A stretch of 62,809 bases of DNA, filler included, from Folioceros fuciformis (lineage: Eukaryota), in NCBI GenBank assembly GCA_049999805.1. It is 8 parts of 8 records of this genome, joined end to end, with 100 filler letters (N's around TTAATTAATTAA, not from the genome) between each part and the next. Parts side by side here need not be neighbours in the genome. Positions count along the whole stretch, not along the records: positions 1 to 12,901 come from JBNGIO010001281.1; positions 13,002 to 27,615 come from JBNGIO010001283.1; 6 more parts are not named here. One strand, given 5' to 3'. Each line of letters opens with the position of its first letter. The first letter of the stretch is position 1. The notes beneath the pieces were generated by a model. The model made no database searches and had not been told where the DNA came from. It was given only the letters and a program-made list of their open reading frames with translations. The translations under genes were made by a program, and so were the position numbers. Positions 1 to 13,369 of the stretch are shown here, in pieces.

Positions 1-455
1 GGGGCATGGGCCCGGGTTCCGTGACTGAGAGGCCCCTGCCGTTGCGCGGTATGGGGGGCGAAATTGGAATTGCGGTGGAGGGAGGATGAGAGGCTGAGGG
101 AACTGACTGTGTCACCGTAGCTGTTGGTATCTCCGTTGTGGTGCCTTTTCTGTTTGTGCTGCCTCTGAACTGTCCTCTTTCTTGGCGCGCTGGTCAGTTC
201 TTCCGAAGTGTGAGGGAGTATTCGGGACTTGGTTAGGTGCCCTACTGTTTCTTGGTCAGTATCTCTGGGCTTCACCCGCCTTGGGCTTGGCCTTGCATGC
301 TACTAGGGCTCTTACATTTGGCTTCTCAGACTGACGGTTTTTTGTGGCTCTGCCTCATCCTGTGCTTGGCTGCTTATAGCATCGCTTGGACGGGCTTGAT
401 TGCGAGGTGTCTTTATCGGTTTTGGTTCCCTAGAGCAACGCAGTGAGTCTTCAGC

Positions 456-3400
456 ATGTATGCCATGGTGCAGCATCAGCAGGCACAGCAGGAGCAGCAG
501 ATGCAATTCCAGCAGCGCTTGAAGCAGCAGAGTCTGATGCAGCAGGCTATGCTACAGCAGCAGCAACAGCAGCAGCAGCAGCCAGTATGTCATCCCTTCA
601 TTCTGACCACCATGTCCCAGGTATTGATTTCTGCCTCTGCATTGCCACACTCTTATTTCTCCATTGGCAATTGTCCATTGCCCCTTTTTCACCGGCTGCG
701 AGGAGAGAGTCGAGTCGAGTCAGGTCGGGTCGGGTCGGGTCAGGACACGTTGGGTGGGAGCCGATTCTAAACATGAGAAATTTTGATCATGGCCAGTCGC
801 CCTCCGACCTTCTTAAACGTTCGCAGTCTGTTTCCTGTAGTTCTAGTGCACCCCTAGGCGGGCGCAGTTTCCACTGTACACGCTCTGCCCTATCAGACGC
901 TCCTCTCGTAGTGCATTTTCAGCAAGTGTTGGAGGGTAGTCATGAAGCCAACTGTCCTTTTCAAAGCTTTCTTAAACCGTTGCACATCCTGAGGTTTAAA
1001 ATCTTTTCCAAGGGGCATTCTAAGAGCACTAGATGGTTGCAAGTTGTTAATTTCAGTTTCCAGTTTTGTGACTGTCTGTGGAGTTGACAGGAAAGTTGAC
1101 AGGCCTTTTCTTCGTTGTTTATTTTTTCCTTCTTTACTTTCATATTCATGCAGATTGAGCCTATTCCAAGTGGAAATCTGCCACCAGGGTTTGATGCAAC
1201 TTCATGCCGCAGTGTGTGAGTCAGCTGCTTTTTCGTCCTTTCCGGCTTTATTTTTTCTTTATGTTGTAGCTCTACGTGCCTCAGCTTGTAACCTACAGGT
1301 ATTCTGTCTTTATCTTTTCTTGTGCCGGTGGTGTATCTTGTGCACTTTGCACATGATCCAGGGTTGTCGTTTGGATGTTTAAACTGTGCAACTTAGTTGT
1401 TTCTTTAAATAATGCTTGTGAACGAGGCTTTTTGTGTAGATCCATTAATGACCATGTCTAACATATGGGATATTGGCATATACTAGACATGGATAACTCA
1501 AAGACGGGCTTGGTGCATCTGGCACTTAGCTTTTATCTATATTTTGTCTCATTCATCCATGGATAGTCCGTGTATATATGCGACGAGATTGTCCTGATGT
1601 GGATTATTGGCTTCTTCCTGACAGCTCGTTGCAATCTTTGTTGATCTTGCAGTTATGTTGGTAACATTCACAATAAAGTTACAGAGGCACTGCTGGGAGA
1701 GATTTTCTCCAGCGTAGGCCCACTGGAAGGATGCAAACTGATCCGAAAAGAGAAGGTAGTCAACTCCACTTGTACTTGACACCCCCTAAGTAGTTTTTTG
1801 TGGAGAGCATGTGCAGAGTCGTGGGTCATGTTGAAGTCTTCTGAAATAAATCAAAGAAGAAGATGAAGCTTGATTTAAGTCTACTAAGGGTGGTTTTACC
1901 TGATACGTCTAAGAAATGTAGGTATAAGAAAAGACTACCTGCTTAGCTTCTGAGTCAGAATAGCAAGTACTGGGAAGACCGACACATGTCCAGGAGAACA
2001 GTTTTCTCACGCTCCTCATGTCATTTGTATCTGATATGGCAGTCTTCATATGGATTCGTGGATTACTATGACCATAGATGTGCTGCGGCTGCCTTGGTAA
2101 CTCTGAATGGCCGTCAAATGTAAGTTGTATAATGCTAACTTTGTGCAGTATGTGGATTTTTGTATTTGAAAATGCTGATAATACATGCTTTCGTCATGAT
2201 TTGTGGCTGTGTTTTCAGCTGGTGCTATTGTTTAGCCTGATCTGCGCATTCATTCAATGTGAGTAGGTTTGGGCAGTCAATTAAGGTCAACTGGGCCTAT
2301 GCCAGCGGACAAAGAGAAGACACAACAGGTGTGCTAGTCGGGTACAGCTGAGACAACTTTGTGCCAAGGCTCTGCTTAGTTCGAATTTTGAAGCATAGAC
2401 TAATCTGCAGTAAACCTGTGCAGGTCACTTCAACATTTTTGTTGGTGATCTCAGCCCGGAGGTTACAGATGCTACACTCTTTTCAGCATTTTCTGTCTAC
2501 CCAAGCTGCTCGTGAGATCCAGTGCCCCTGTCTCGAATGTTTCGTCTCTTTGGCTAAGCAGTTCTCTGTACTTCTCTCACAAGTAATGCTGGTGAATGTA
2601 CAGAGATGCGCGAGTCATGTGGGATCAGCGATCTGGTCGCTCCAGAGGTTTTGGATTTGTTTCTTTCCGGAATCAGCAGGTGCGGTTGAGCTGAGAAAAT
2701 AAATGTAGATGCAGGTCGTCAGTTGTCTTGTCCTGATGTCTTACTGGTCCCATGTTTAGAAAAGTTTGGTTGTAATGCAGGAAGCGGAAAATGCCATTGG
2801 TGATATGACAGGTCTGATACTGCACTTGAACATGTTTTCCGGCTAATGCTGTTGTCAAAGATTGAAGGATGTTGTTGAGGCTGGTGTGCCGGGTCGTTGA
2901 AATGTATGCAGGGAAATGGCTGGGAACTCGGCCCATCCGCTGCAACTGGGCCACCAAGACAAACATGGGTGGGCAAGGGGATGAGTCGCTTAGTACTGGA
3001 AATGGTTCTACGCTTCCTGGTGGAGTCGAACAAGTAGCTTCGCTGGCAAGTCAGTCTGCACAAGGTATACAATCCTTTTGCTGGTGTGTTGCTGCTACAT
3101 AGCAACATGTAATTACAGTAGCTGTTTTTGAATATGCATGGAATCCAGAGTCGCACCAAGAAGAATCACAGCATCGTGATGAAACGTCAGGTGGGGATGG
3201 TCCTGAGAACAATCCACAATACACAACTGTGTATGTCGGCAATCTTGCCCATGAGGTAACAACCCATTCTGTGGATGAGCCTGGAGTAAGCAAACGTTCA
3301 GAAACAGTGTGTCTCACTTTTCAATTTGCAGGTCACTCAATCAGAGCTCCACCGACAGTTTCACTCATTAGGAGCAGGTGTGATTGAAGATGTCCGGGTG

Positions 3401-3974
3401 CAGAGAGACAAGGGGTTTGGTTTTGTTAGGTATCGCTCTCATGAAGAAGCTGCATTTGCGATTCAAATAGCAAATGGCAGGGTCATCTGTGGGAAGTCTG
3501 TCAAGGTAATTGGGGTGTGCTTAACTGTTTGGCCTTGATTTTCTTTTCTGTACATTTGTGGCCAACGTGCGTGTAGTCTTCAATGGCAGCTTTGTGGTGT
3601 TCCCAGTTCCACAGCGTTTTTTGACATGTCATGTCTACTGGCAGTGTTCCTGGGGTAGCAAACCAACTCCTCCGGGAACAACATCTAGTCCTCTGCCACC
3701 CCCTGCTCCAAATCATTTTCAAGGAGTTATCCCAGGAAGTCTGAACCAAGCTTTCAACGGAGCAGCTGAGCTCCTAGGTTACGGGCGAGTAAATCTGGGT
3801 CAACCTGGAGCTGGACGTGCACTTTTGCCATTACCACATCAGCAAGGGTTAGGAATTGGTGGAATCGGGCAAGCAGGTCTGGGTGCTGGAGGCAACCGCA
3901 CGCTTTATGAGGGCTTTCAACCAGGTGGAGGGCTTCCAACTGGTGGTCTAGGCCAGCAGCGACTTTATTACTGA
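456..3974 (+). CDS. UBP1: Oligouridylate-binding protein 1 (UBP1/TIA-1-like) with Q-rich N-terminus and three RRMs; 12 coding exons
   Basis: Exons read by eye at GT-AG sites: 456-620, 1154-1215, 1653-1755, 2043-2119, 2267-2328, 2424-2511, 2604-2679, 2781-2811, 2912-3064, 3148-3255, 3332-3505, 3645-3974. Spliced peptide has poly-[82 protein letters not shown] and [12 protein letters not shown], all typical of plant UBP1. Confidence 0.93.
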
Positions 3975-6900
3975 TGGATGACGAAACCAGTGTAGAGATC
4001 TGACTTGTCCGAGACGAGGGCCCTGTCCAAAAGACTCCAGATTTTTTCTCACAGTGGTCTTTCACGGGAGCGCATCCTTGTTTGCCTTCTGATCCTGTGG
4101 GTCCTGACAACCTGTGGCCAGCTAGGATATAACGTAGACCTGGCTTTGTAAATGGGCCTAGGTAGGTGGTTCGCATCATCTCCAGACTCGTGCAAACTTG
4201 CTGAGTTGGCTTCCTGCTGGATTGCCCAATTGTACAATATGAGTTTACACATCATCGTGCAGGGCAACTTGTCCAGCTAGAGTTCGATGGTCCCCTGTAA
4301 ATGTCACCAAGGACCACTTATTAGGTCTCTGCCTATTGGTCGATGGCAGAAAGCAACATTTTCTTATACCTACTTGAACTCGCGTTTTGTGGCCGTTTCC
4401 GGTCCAATTCGCAGTTTCGGTGGCACACCAAGCACACCCTTCAAGAATGACCCTTTGCAAGACTCCCCAAGAACGACTCCTTACTAGGCTCCACGAATGA
4501 TCCCTTAGGTTGGTTAGCGCGGCCCTGTCACAAGATCATTTTTGAGATGACTAATTGACATATGCGAATGTAGTATTAGTTTTACCTGAATTTTTTTGGG
4601 ATGGGGTGTGGCATGCATGCAAACCCAGGCTTACTAGGCTCTCACCTCCGATTGGCCCCTTCCAACATGTCCATCATACGTTTTAATCAAATTGGTCAGG
4701 CTTGAGGTGGGGTTGTCTAGTGTCCAAGTAATTTGCCAACTATGGCATTTGGAGAGTGTGGCCCAAGGGTGATGTATAGAAACCATGATAATTGGGGTGG
4801 AAGAGTGCGACTTGAGGGTGATGTATAGAAACCATGATATGAGGGCAAGAAGCACACAACAAGGTATAGATGTGAAGGTAAGTACTTTACAACTAGCCTC
4901 CAAATCGGAACTTGGGTTATCCTTGCATGGTATAGTCATAACAACATGTGGGCACCCATTTTGATACTTTGTCACTTCGTCCTCTAACACCTCCATCAAA
5001 GTATTTAAACATGTGTTAAAGGGCTCACTTGGATGAAAAGTCTGACATGGTGCAAGTGGTTTGAAACCTATTATTTATTGTCCGGTGGACAAGAAAACTC
5101 CAAAACAACACATAAAAATTATACCAAAAAGAAAAGCTATCACTCCAAACCTTTGCTGAGGTCCAACCAACCTTCCTCCGTCACACTTTATTGGTTCCAC
5201 ACCTTGGCTTGGTGTGAACCCAAAGAGTTTACCAATTCTAGTAGTGTAAGGCAAGGATGATATATAGATATAGTGATATACAGGTGAGGTGAGTTATAGT
5301 CATAGTAGGGAACACATAGCAAGGTATGGATGTGGAGGTAACCACATCAATCAATACACAACAAGGTATGGATCGAAGGTAATCTTTTTGTAACTAGTCT
5401 CTTTGAAGCTTCATCGACTTGAAGGAAAAGTTGTCATCAATTGCAAACCCTTCCTACTATTTTGGGCTCCCTTTAGAATGACAAATCCTAACCCAATTAT
5501 AAAATATTTATATAAGTAGAAATAGGCCTAGTTTGTCAAATAAAATGCTTTAAGAATAATAATTTACAAGATAATCATCTTACTATATGTGCTATATATG
5601 CGGACAACGACTTCAATCCATAATCTATCTCAGGCAATGATTTATGTTTAAGAATCACTTATATTCTCAAGCCAAGAGTCATAGTCAAAGCAGCCTTTGA
5701 TCTCTTCTCCTTGAAGAGATCAAAGGAATGTGGTAATGGGAGCACTTGTTTGCACTACACAATAGATTGTTGCTCAAAGAAGATATGTTTTTCCCGCTTG
5801 GTGGGGAACATTTTTGCATTGCTCATGTAGTTGTCACAACTCTTACCAAGGAATTGTGTCAAGAGTGGGATGCAAAGTAGAGAGAATCTAGCTTCACTTT
5901 CCATGGTTATTTCTTTGAAGTTATTCAAGCATAGAAGATGTCTACAACAATCATTTCTTCCCACGACGCATGTTGCTGAAGGTGTTGGAAGTGTCTTGGA
6001 GTATACTTCAGTTGTGTCTAGGTGCACATGCATGTAGATGGTTTTTTAGTGCACGCATAGATAGTGGACACTTACATACATGTTAAAAAAACCTTTATAG
6101 TAGGAGGGATAAAGGAATTTCATATAGATAGCCAATGTATATGGAACACGATAAGTGGTGGTATGGGAGACGAGACAAACGAGACGTGTGAGACGAGCGG
6201 CTACCTTTTGAAGGGCTGCACAGTGTAATCTGAGCAAGGAAGGAAAGGTACGCACACCACCGCCATGGGAAATATTTGTCCTGCTATGTCTCGAATTTCG
6301 AGGGGAGGCTCTGATGTGTGGGCCCTTGCATAACAAGACGATTTACGCATCAACCTTGCATGGCTTGTCCTGAGAAACCGAACCAGGCAGAGACGACAGG
6401 GAGAGAAGGTTAAGGTGGCGCCTGTGTGACAAACGCCAAAGCTTAGCAACTAGGGGAGTCAACATAGAAGAACGTGCGAGCAGCCCCGGCCCTCCGTTAT
6501 GAGCACACGCCCACTTGTGCAAGCACAAACACAGGCCAAATCCGGCGGGCCACCTTTGGGCCCATGTGTCGCACACACAAGGTGCCGGGAATCCTTTCAG
6601 GAAGCCGCGTCGATTATCGAGCATCCACATCACATGGCCTGGCGAATCTCAGCACCGGTAGCCTGGATTCCACGCCGCAGACGCAGATCTCCTTGGGAAG
6701 CCCCGACGGGTTGGGAGTGTACGTTTGCTTGGATTTCGGCTGGCTTGATTGCATGCGATTCCCTTGCTGCGGCCAGGGGCCACCATCCTTTGTCTCAGCT
6801 TGTCCGTTACCGGAAGGGCATCTGCGCCGGGGCCCCGCTTTTCCAAACATCGCAATTGCTCGCGCTCGCTGCTCCCGTTGCGTAGGAATGCTGCTTCCAC

Positions 6901-9900
6901 ACTTTGGATTAGGGTAACTGATTTAGGGTTTGGCAGATGATGTGATGTCTGCTGCGCTTTCGGTTGTGATGCACAAGATGATGTCATGCCCGGACCTGAC
7001 GGGCGCTTGCTCTGGGCTCTGTCATCGGCACGGGCAGTACGTCGTCTGATTGCCGTGTTGTCACCACCACCCTCTGCGGGCGTCAGCCGTGGCAAAGTGG
7101 CGAGAGAGGAAAAAGCGGTCTGAGCAGCTCTGGTGGGCTGTGCACTGCTCTGCTCACAGTATTCCACAGCTGCTTATCGGTGAAGCAGTGGTGGATGGTT
7201 TATGTCCTTGCTGGGTCACATGTGCGCGTGGTGGGTTGAGGGCTAGCATGTCACAAACTGTCACACATCCGTGTGCTTGAGCTTCCGGGGACAGCGCTGG
7301 TGCTGGGGCTGGTGCCGGGGCCAGGAACCCAGCGTAAAGCTCTGGGCTAGAGCCAGGGCCAGGGCCAGGGCCAGGCCCAGACCCAGGCCCTGAACGCCAG
7401 GCCCAGGCGTTCTTTGTCTAAAAGCTGAACGAAGCAGAGGGTCTGTCAAACGAACGCGACTCCCACATTCATGACGAGTTCGTGTATAGTTAAAGGTCCT
7501 ACAGGCTGCCAAACGTCATGCCCGGGATAACCTGGTTGCAAGGGCTGGATTGAGGCAGAGGATTCCCTCATGCACCCTTCATGAGGGCGCATTCCCGTGG
7601 CTCCGGCTGAAGATGCCTGCAGGATGCTGGTAAACGAGATGCTTCACGCATGGGTCGTGAGGGCAGGGATCTGACATGACTGGTAAATCTTCCAAGGAGG
7701 CTGTGAGCCATCCAATTTGGGGCCCGAGCTGCTGGGATCCTCGGGAGACGTTGCGGATAGTGGAACCGTGCTTGTGTCACAGGAGCGGGCCTTTCAGCGT
7801 GTCTTCTTTGTGTCAGCTCCGGGGACGTAGTGTCTGTGTCAAGTTGCAGATAGATTCCTTGAGAAAGATTTGTTGGGTGAAGACGGAGAGGCTCAGGAGA
7901 TGTGTGCTAGGATATGGAGTAGAAGTGCCTTCGGGCCTGCTGTGCACGGTCTTGTGTGAAGACGACACGGGGGTGCATGATCAGGTGGGCAAGGGAGGAA
8001 GCGGGGGCCCGGGGCTTTCCTATGTTGTCGCAATTGTTGCACACTGAGCGCACCGGTATGCTAGCGAGGCATATTCGCATCCATGCTTTCGTCAGGTTGA
8101 GCAACATACCCGGGCCCTGCGTGCCCTGCACCTGTAGCTGATGCGCATTGCCAACCCGGTGTTGTGAATAGTGCAAAATAGTTACGCGCTCGGCAGCTCA
8201 GCTCGGTGGGTGCAGTGTAAAGTGCAAGTGTGGAGTGACGAGGAAGAGATCTGAGCAGATAATGCATAATTGAATAGTCCAGCATGCATCATGCTGGCAG
8301 CGGTGGAGATGAGCAGGAGACAGCTGCACTCTCGCAAATCCCAGCTGCAGGCGGCAGATGACCTGGTCCAAACCCGGGGCCGGCGGGTCCTGCTCCTGCA
8401 GCGAATTCTAGTACAGTTTCCGTCCATCCAGAGCCATGAGTGATGAGGATAAGCTCAAGCTCGGAGGTGTGTGTGAAATTCGTGTTTTACATGGCGGAGA
8501 CTCCTGATTGCTTACTGCTGGATAAACACGAGGCCCGGCTCGGCTGGGCTGCAGTCAGCACGTACGCGAAGCTCAGGGCAGAGCTGTTGCAGCGGGTACT
8601 ACGCCTCACCAGGCTCCCACGTTGCCAGTCATGCAGAAAGCGCAATTTGCTTACCAGCAGAGCAGCAGGCGCGCGCATTATTTAAGAGCAGTCTAATGCA
8701 GTGCTGCCTTGCCTGGAGGCTGCCGCTCACGCGGTCCATGCACCATACCAGAAAAGCAGCAAACTCTTGCCTGAGCCTCGCGATCCAGGGCCGCGCTCAC
8801 ACACGTTGAAGGCCGCCTGCAGTCCGGGGGCCCGGGGGTTGGGCTGCCACATCACATCACACCCGCGCATGCAACCCATCGCGAGGGTCTGCCAGTACAT
8901 ATTCTGGGAGCAGCCTGGAGGCGAGAGTCTCAAGGACCAGGCCAAGGATGAGTACAAGAGCCGCACCTACATGTACCACCCACCACCATCTGCAACAGCA
9001 GCCTGCTGCCAGGCAAAAGGCAAGGCAAAAGGCAAGGCAAGGCAAGGCAGCAGGCAAAAGATCCTCTCTGGATCCCTATTCACATCTATCGAACTGCATC
9101 GCGCAGTGCGGCTCCCAAGCTGTGCTTTGCCTCGTCCAAATTCTTTCCCAGGCCGTGCCAAAACCAAAAACAAATTGGCCACCGGTTGCCGCTGCCGGGC
9201 TGGGGCCGAAACGCCTTATTATCATATACTGAAACCAAAGCCAAAAAACTCGCCCATACATGGTGTCGCACATGGAAGGAACACGGCTTCATTGAAGCTT
9301 GCCTTTCCTTGCAGTTGCACGCCGCTGCTGCAGTGCGCTTTTCCCCAGTCCCCAAAAGCTCCTCCCTCCGTATCACTTGCCAGGGCCCTGCCAGGCCCCT
9401 GCCAGGCTTGCTCTGAGACGAGAGCACATTGATTTCTACGCTATCTTGCTGAATGATACGCACTCCTACCCCCCGGGCCCCAACGAAGGGGAAAAGAGAG
9501 AGATACAAGAGGACTAGAGCCGGATGCCGGACGGGGAGCCGATCTCGCAGACATGTCCCGACCGCAACGTCCAATTGCACCTCCTTCCTACATTCTCGTC
9601 CTCATTCAGTATCGGCTTCTTCCCTGCTCATTACTATTGTGAGGGGATTGTATGTACAGTATGTATGTATGTATGTATGCATTTATTTTCCTGGGGCTGC
9701 GCTTTTATCATTCAGGGGTTCAGGGCGGCGCTGGGTGGCGTGCAACCCGCCCTGGATGAAGGCATGCAATTTTCGAGTCCCGGGGCCAGGACCAGGGCCA
9801 GGGCCAGTCCAAGTCCCAGGGCCAGTCCCAGTGCCAGTGCCCGTTCCAGTGCCAGTGCCAGTCCTAGTCCCACAGGGAGCCCAGCTGACAGGCTTCCAGT

Positions 9901-10988
9901 CACGTTTCCTGACAAGCACGCGAGGCGGCAGGCCCCGCCTTGTCGCTGCCTTCACGCCTGGACTTCATGCCCGAATCGGGCGGGGCCGCCTGGTCCTGGT
10001 CTCACCAGGTACACACACTGTACGCAACGATGGATGGAGGTTGGTGGTGCTGCCGTGCCAAGCTCCCCATTGGTTCTTCCTCCAAGAGCATCGGAACCAA
10101 TGAAAAGGATGCCCGGCCGTAGCCCTCGCTCGGCAGGCAAGGACAGTGCGACACGAAATGTGGCCTGCTGACCAAACACCATAGCTGTATTCATCAAATA
10201 GGCTACCTAGACAAACTTAGACAAAAGCTTGTTCAACAACAGCAGCAACAAAAAAGAATGTTCTACCACACAGTGTCGAGGGGGAGGAAATAGGAAAAGG
10301 GTACCTAGTCTACATAATGTAGCTTGCCCTATAGGGGTAAAGGGTAACCAGGAAAGTTAACCTAAACTGGTGTAACGTTGTAAGTACTACTAATACAATC
10401 TGGAAGGAAAATTTCCCAAAATCCTACTCTAGACCGGTAATTGATACACGTTCCATGGAACAAATTGAGTATGGGCTGCCCTGCAGGTGTGCGCTGTGCA
10501 ACGCAGTGTGAAGTTGCTGTTCTTTTCGACTCCGTTTTCACATCGTCGTGAACACGAAGACCTACATGTAGATGCTCGTAGTACTGATTCTCATGCCCAC
10601 CCACTTAAAATCTTTGCTTAACCCTCCGCAAGGCTTTGCTTATATAGTTCACGGGGCTCAGGGCTTGGTGTCACAGTGGGCAGACTACCCCGGGATAGGG
10701 CAGGCTTGGAGCATCCACCGTGGGGTTTCCTCATGTCATTCCCCCATCACAACTGCATGACTCAAGGCTTCCCCTGAAGGTTACTCATCTCACGCCCCGG
10801 GACTGGGGCAGTGATAGAGAATACATGCCATGCTCTACACACCTTTCTCGAAATGCCGGCTTCAAGGCTACTTACTCCTTCCAATTTATCCATCCGTCCT
10901 TCCTTCCATCCTTTCCATCCATCATCAAAACAGTGAATCCAATTGTGACTTCACTGCAACAAATAGCCAACTCCATGATCCAGCCAAG

Positions 10989-12731
10989 TCAAAACGTCCA
11001 TGAAGCTGATCTTGTCAGGGGGGGTTTCATGTTCCTGTCTTCTTCCAGCCCAATCATGCCCAGATGGGAGGGGTCTTCCAAAAGCATTTTGGAAACAAGA
11101 TAACCAGCTATGGACCATGTCTGATACTTGCGGGCCTGCTTCCCAATGTAGCGTCCAAGCTTACCATCGTAGTACTCTGGCCATCCATCCTTGGACAGCC
11201 TCATCTCAATGAGCTCAATTGCCCTCCTAGCGATCTGGGGCCTTCCCACCTTGATGCTGGCCGCCGTGAGCATCCAAAGCAGCACAGGCCATGAACCCCC
11301 GTTGTGGTAGCTCCACCTGGTGTTCTTAGGGTCCCAGCCAGTAACAATCCGCCACTCATGAGACTCGAGGGAAGGGAAAGCAATCTTGAGAGGCATCTGT
11401 CCCACCAGGTCTTCCCACCTTTCTTCTATCAAGTCCATGATGGCGGACGCCTGCTCTGGGGTTGCCAGGGACGACAAAATAGCCACGCAGTTGCCCACTG
11501 CAAACCACCGGAAATCCATGCGGGCCGGGCTGACATTCCCTATGAAATAGCCACCCTTCATAGGCATGAAATCAAACACCCAGTCCGGGATGGACTCGGG
11601 GATGACATTGAATTTGTTTACGGCAGTATGCGAATATTCCTCCGTCTTATACCTGTAGATGTTGTTGAGCTGCTCGTGATCTAGCCAAAAATATGAGCGC
11701 ATGTGAAAGCTGAGAGCCGTGAGACGCTTGTCGATGCGCTCCACAAGCTCCTTCCCTCCACCCTCGGGCTTGAGCATGAGGCGAGCACATCTCAAGGCCA
11801 TGTAAAAGAGAGCCTGGATCTCGATGGGGTAGCCGTAGATGCCCATCCTCCTGTCAATCATGCAGCAGCCGTCGGCACACAAGAGGGTGGGGAATGTGTC
11901 GAAACCGTCCGCCAGACACAGGTCGAGAATGAGCCTCATACCCCGCTGGCACTCCGGCATCTCTGCCAGGCTGTGATCCCCGGTAGACTTGGAGTAGGCC
12001 CGCAGCAGAATGATCCACCAGAAACCAGAATCCACGGGAGCAACCCTCCCGATGGCGCTCTCGCCGAAATCCGCAATCATGGTGTCGCTCTTGCGCACGG
12101 GGTCATGCAGTACCTTGAAGCTGGCAGGCATGACACCCTCCCCCAATGTGAAGCAATCGATCCTCTTCTCCCAGGCCTGCAGGCGCAGCGTCTTCACCAG
12201 GAAGTTCTTGACAATCTCCGGCTCCCCGTTCATGAGGAAGGCGAGGCCGCTTGACACAAAATCCCGCACAAAAACCTGGTTGTAGTTGAGCGCGTCCTCC
12301 GTGGGATCCATGGCCGCAATCGTGCCCACGGGACGGCCCCGGAAGAAGACGAGAGACCTCCGGAGCGCATCCCACGCCTCAAACATCATGGGATGCGGCT
12401 CAAACTGCGAACCCCGCGGGGAATCTGCGTGCGACGCGGAGCGCACGCTGGGGGAGAACAAAGCCTCTAGGCAGTCGGAGCTCTTCACCGTCTCCAGGGG
12501 CCTGCCGGGCCTTGGAGACATTTTCACTGCCAGCAACTCGGCGATGGACTTGTCATCCGACGCCTTGCTGCTGGCGCTGTTGCCGTCCGTGTTTATCGGT
12601 CGGGGCTTCATGTCATGCAGCTTTACCAGTTGCGGATCAATTCCATTCTCGGACGGGCTGCAGTAGCTCCCTGCGTAGTCGGGAGGACTGTCTATCGTCA
12701 AAGAGCTGATGGTAAGCATATTGAAAGGCAT
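10989..12731 (-). CDS. CINV: Cytosolic alkaline/neutral invertase (glycoside hydrolase family 100), single coding exon, ~580 aa
   Basis: Uninterrupted ORF with [77 protein letters not shown] and C-terminal RSASWT. First ATG after an upstream acceptor is at 12731. Confidence 0.96.
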   Translation of the reverse strand: MPFNMLTISSLTIDSPPDYAGSYCSPSENGIDPQLVKLHDMKPRPINTDGNSASSKASDDKSIAELLAVKMSPRPGRPLETVKSSDCLEALFSPSVRSASHADSPRGSQFEPHPMMFEAWDALRRSLVFFRGRPVGTIAAMDPTEDALNYNQVFVRDFVSSGLAFLMNGEPEIVKNFLVKTLRLQAWEKRIDCFTLGEGVMPASFKVLHDPVRKSDTMIADFGESAIGRVAPVDSGFWWIILLRAYSKSTGDHSLAEMPECQRGMRLILDLCLADGFDTFPTLLCADGCCMIDRRMGIYGYPIEIQALFYMALRCARLMLKPEGGGKELVERIDKRLTALSFHMRSYFWLDHEQLNNIYRYKTEEYSHTAVNKFNVIPESIPDWVFDFMPMKGGYFIGNVSPARMDFRWFAVGNCVAILSSLATPEQASAIMDLIEERWEDLVGQMPLKIAFPSLESHEWRIVTGWDPKNTRWSYHNGGSWPVLLWMLTAASIKVGRPQIARRAIELIEMRLSKDGWPEYYDGKLGRYIGKQARKYQTWSIAGYLVSKMLLEDPSHLGMIGLEEDRNMKPPLTRSASWTF

Positions 12732-12788
12732 GTGCAGGATCCTAGGAGCCTCTTGTAGTTTGATATAGTACCTACCACTTTCTTGCCG

Positions 12789-12819
12789 CTGGCCAGCAAA
12801 AAAAAAAAAAAAAAAAAAA
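12789..12819 (-). other. Probable 3' splice site of a 5'-UTR intron of the invertase gene
   Basis: On the minus strand a 22-nt poly-T (plus-strand A run 12798-12819) is followed by GCTGGCCAG, about 58 nt upstream of the ATG. Confidence 0.6.
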
Positions 12820-13187
12820 GGGCACGGCAAGTGCAACGAAGAGCGCAAGGGGCCGAGGAAAGGGCAAGGGCAAGAGCAAGGCCAAAAAGCAAGGAAGCGG
12901 GNNNNNNNNNNNNNNNNNNNNNNNNNNNNNNNNNNNNNNNNNNNNTTAATTAATTAANNNNNNNNNNNNNNNNNNNNNNNNNNNNNNNNNNNNNNNNNNN
13001 NGGGTCGGCCACGTTCTTTATGCCTGGTCCCATTGTGTTTCGCCCGGGCAAACGGCAATCTCACGAACGAGTCCAGCGCGAACGAGCCCCGGGGGTTGAC
13101 AGAAAGTGATAACGCACGCCGGCCCGTTGGTTTCAAATTACATACATATAGCAGTTGGAACTCTTAAGATGAAAATTTTATTATGAA

Positions 13188-13369
13188 TGAAAAATGCGGA
13201 GAGCAATTTGCCTCAATTAAACTTTTCAACACAGAAAGACAAAAATGAATTGTGTTTAAAAATGTCTACAAGTGTTACTTACATACTAAACCCAAATGAC
13301 GTTTCATCTTGGGCCTATCACCTAAACCCTAAATGTCACTTAGACTATGTGTTGGCTTTATTTCCAACA
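13188..13369 (-). repeat. 3' LTR of copia element A
   Basis: Minus strand begins TGTTGG directly after the PPT GAGAGGGAG (13370-13378) and ends TTTTTCA. Its last ~115 nt match 24948-25064 in inverted orientation. Confidence 0.85.

Noticed and set aside
4500-6200. AT-rich region with short duplications (GGGTGATGTATAGAAACCATGATA x2; CAAGGTAT.GAT...GGTAA x3)
   Set aside because: Probably old TE debris. No termini, TSD or coding motif could be established.
11304-12666. Long plus-strand ORFs opposite the invertase
   Set aside because: Antisense shadows of a high-GC3 coding region.
12732-12848. N-terminal extension [17 protein letters not shown] of the 619-aa invertase ORF, and the poly-A run as a retrogene tail
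   Set aside because: The run is poly-T on the coding strand at the 5' side, ahead of a CAG. It fits an intron pyrimidine tract, not coding sequence or a poly(A) tail.
12902-13001. Recurring palindromic TTAATTAATTAA flanked by N-runs (also near 27660, 32050, 38110, 44330, 50985, 55480)
   Set aside because: Artificial scaffold gap spacer with stop codons in all six frames. ORFs ending there are artefacts.
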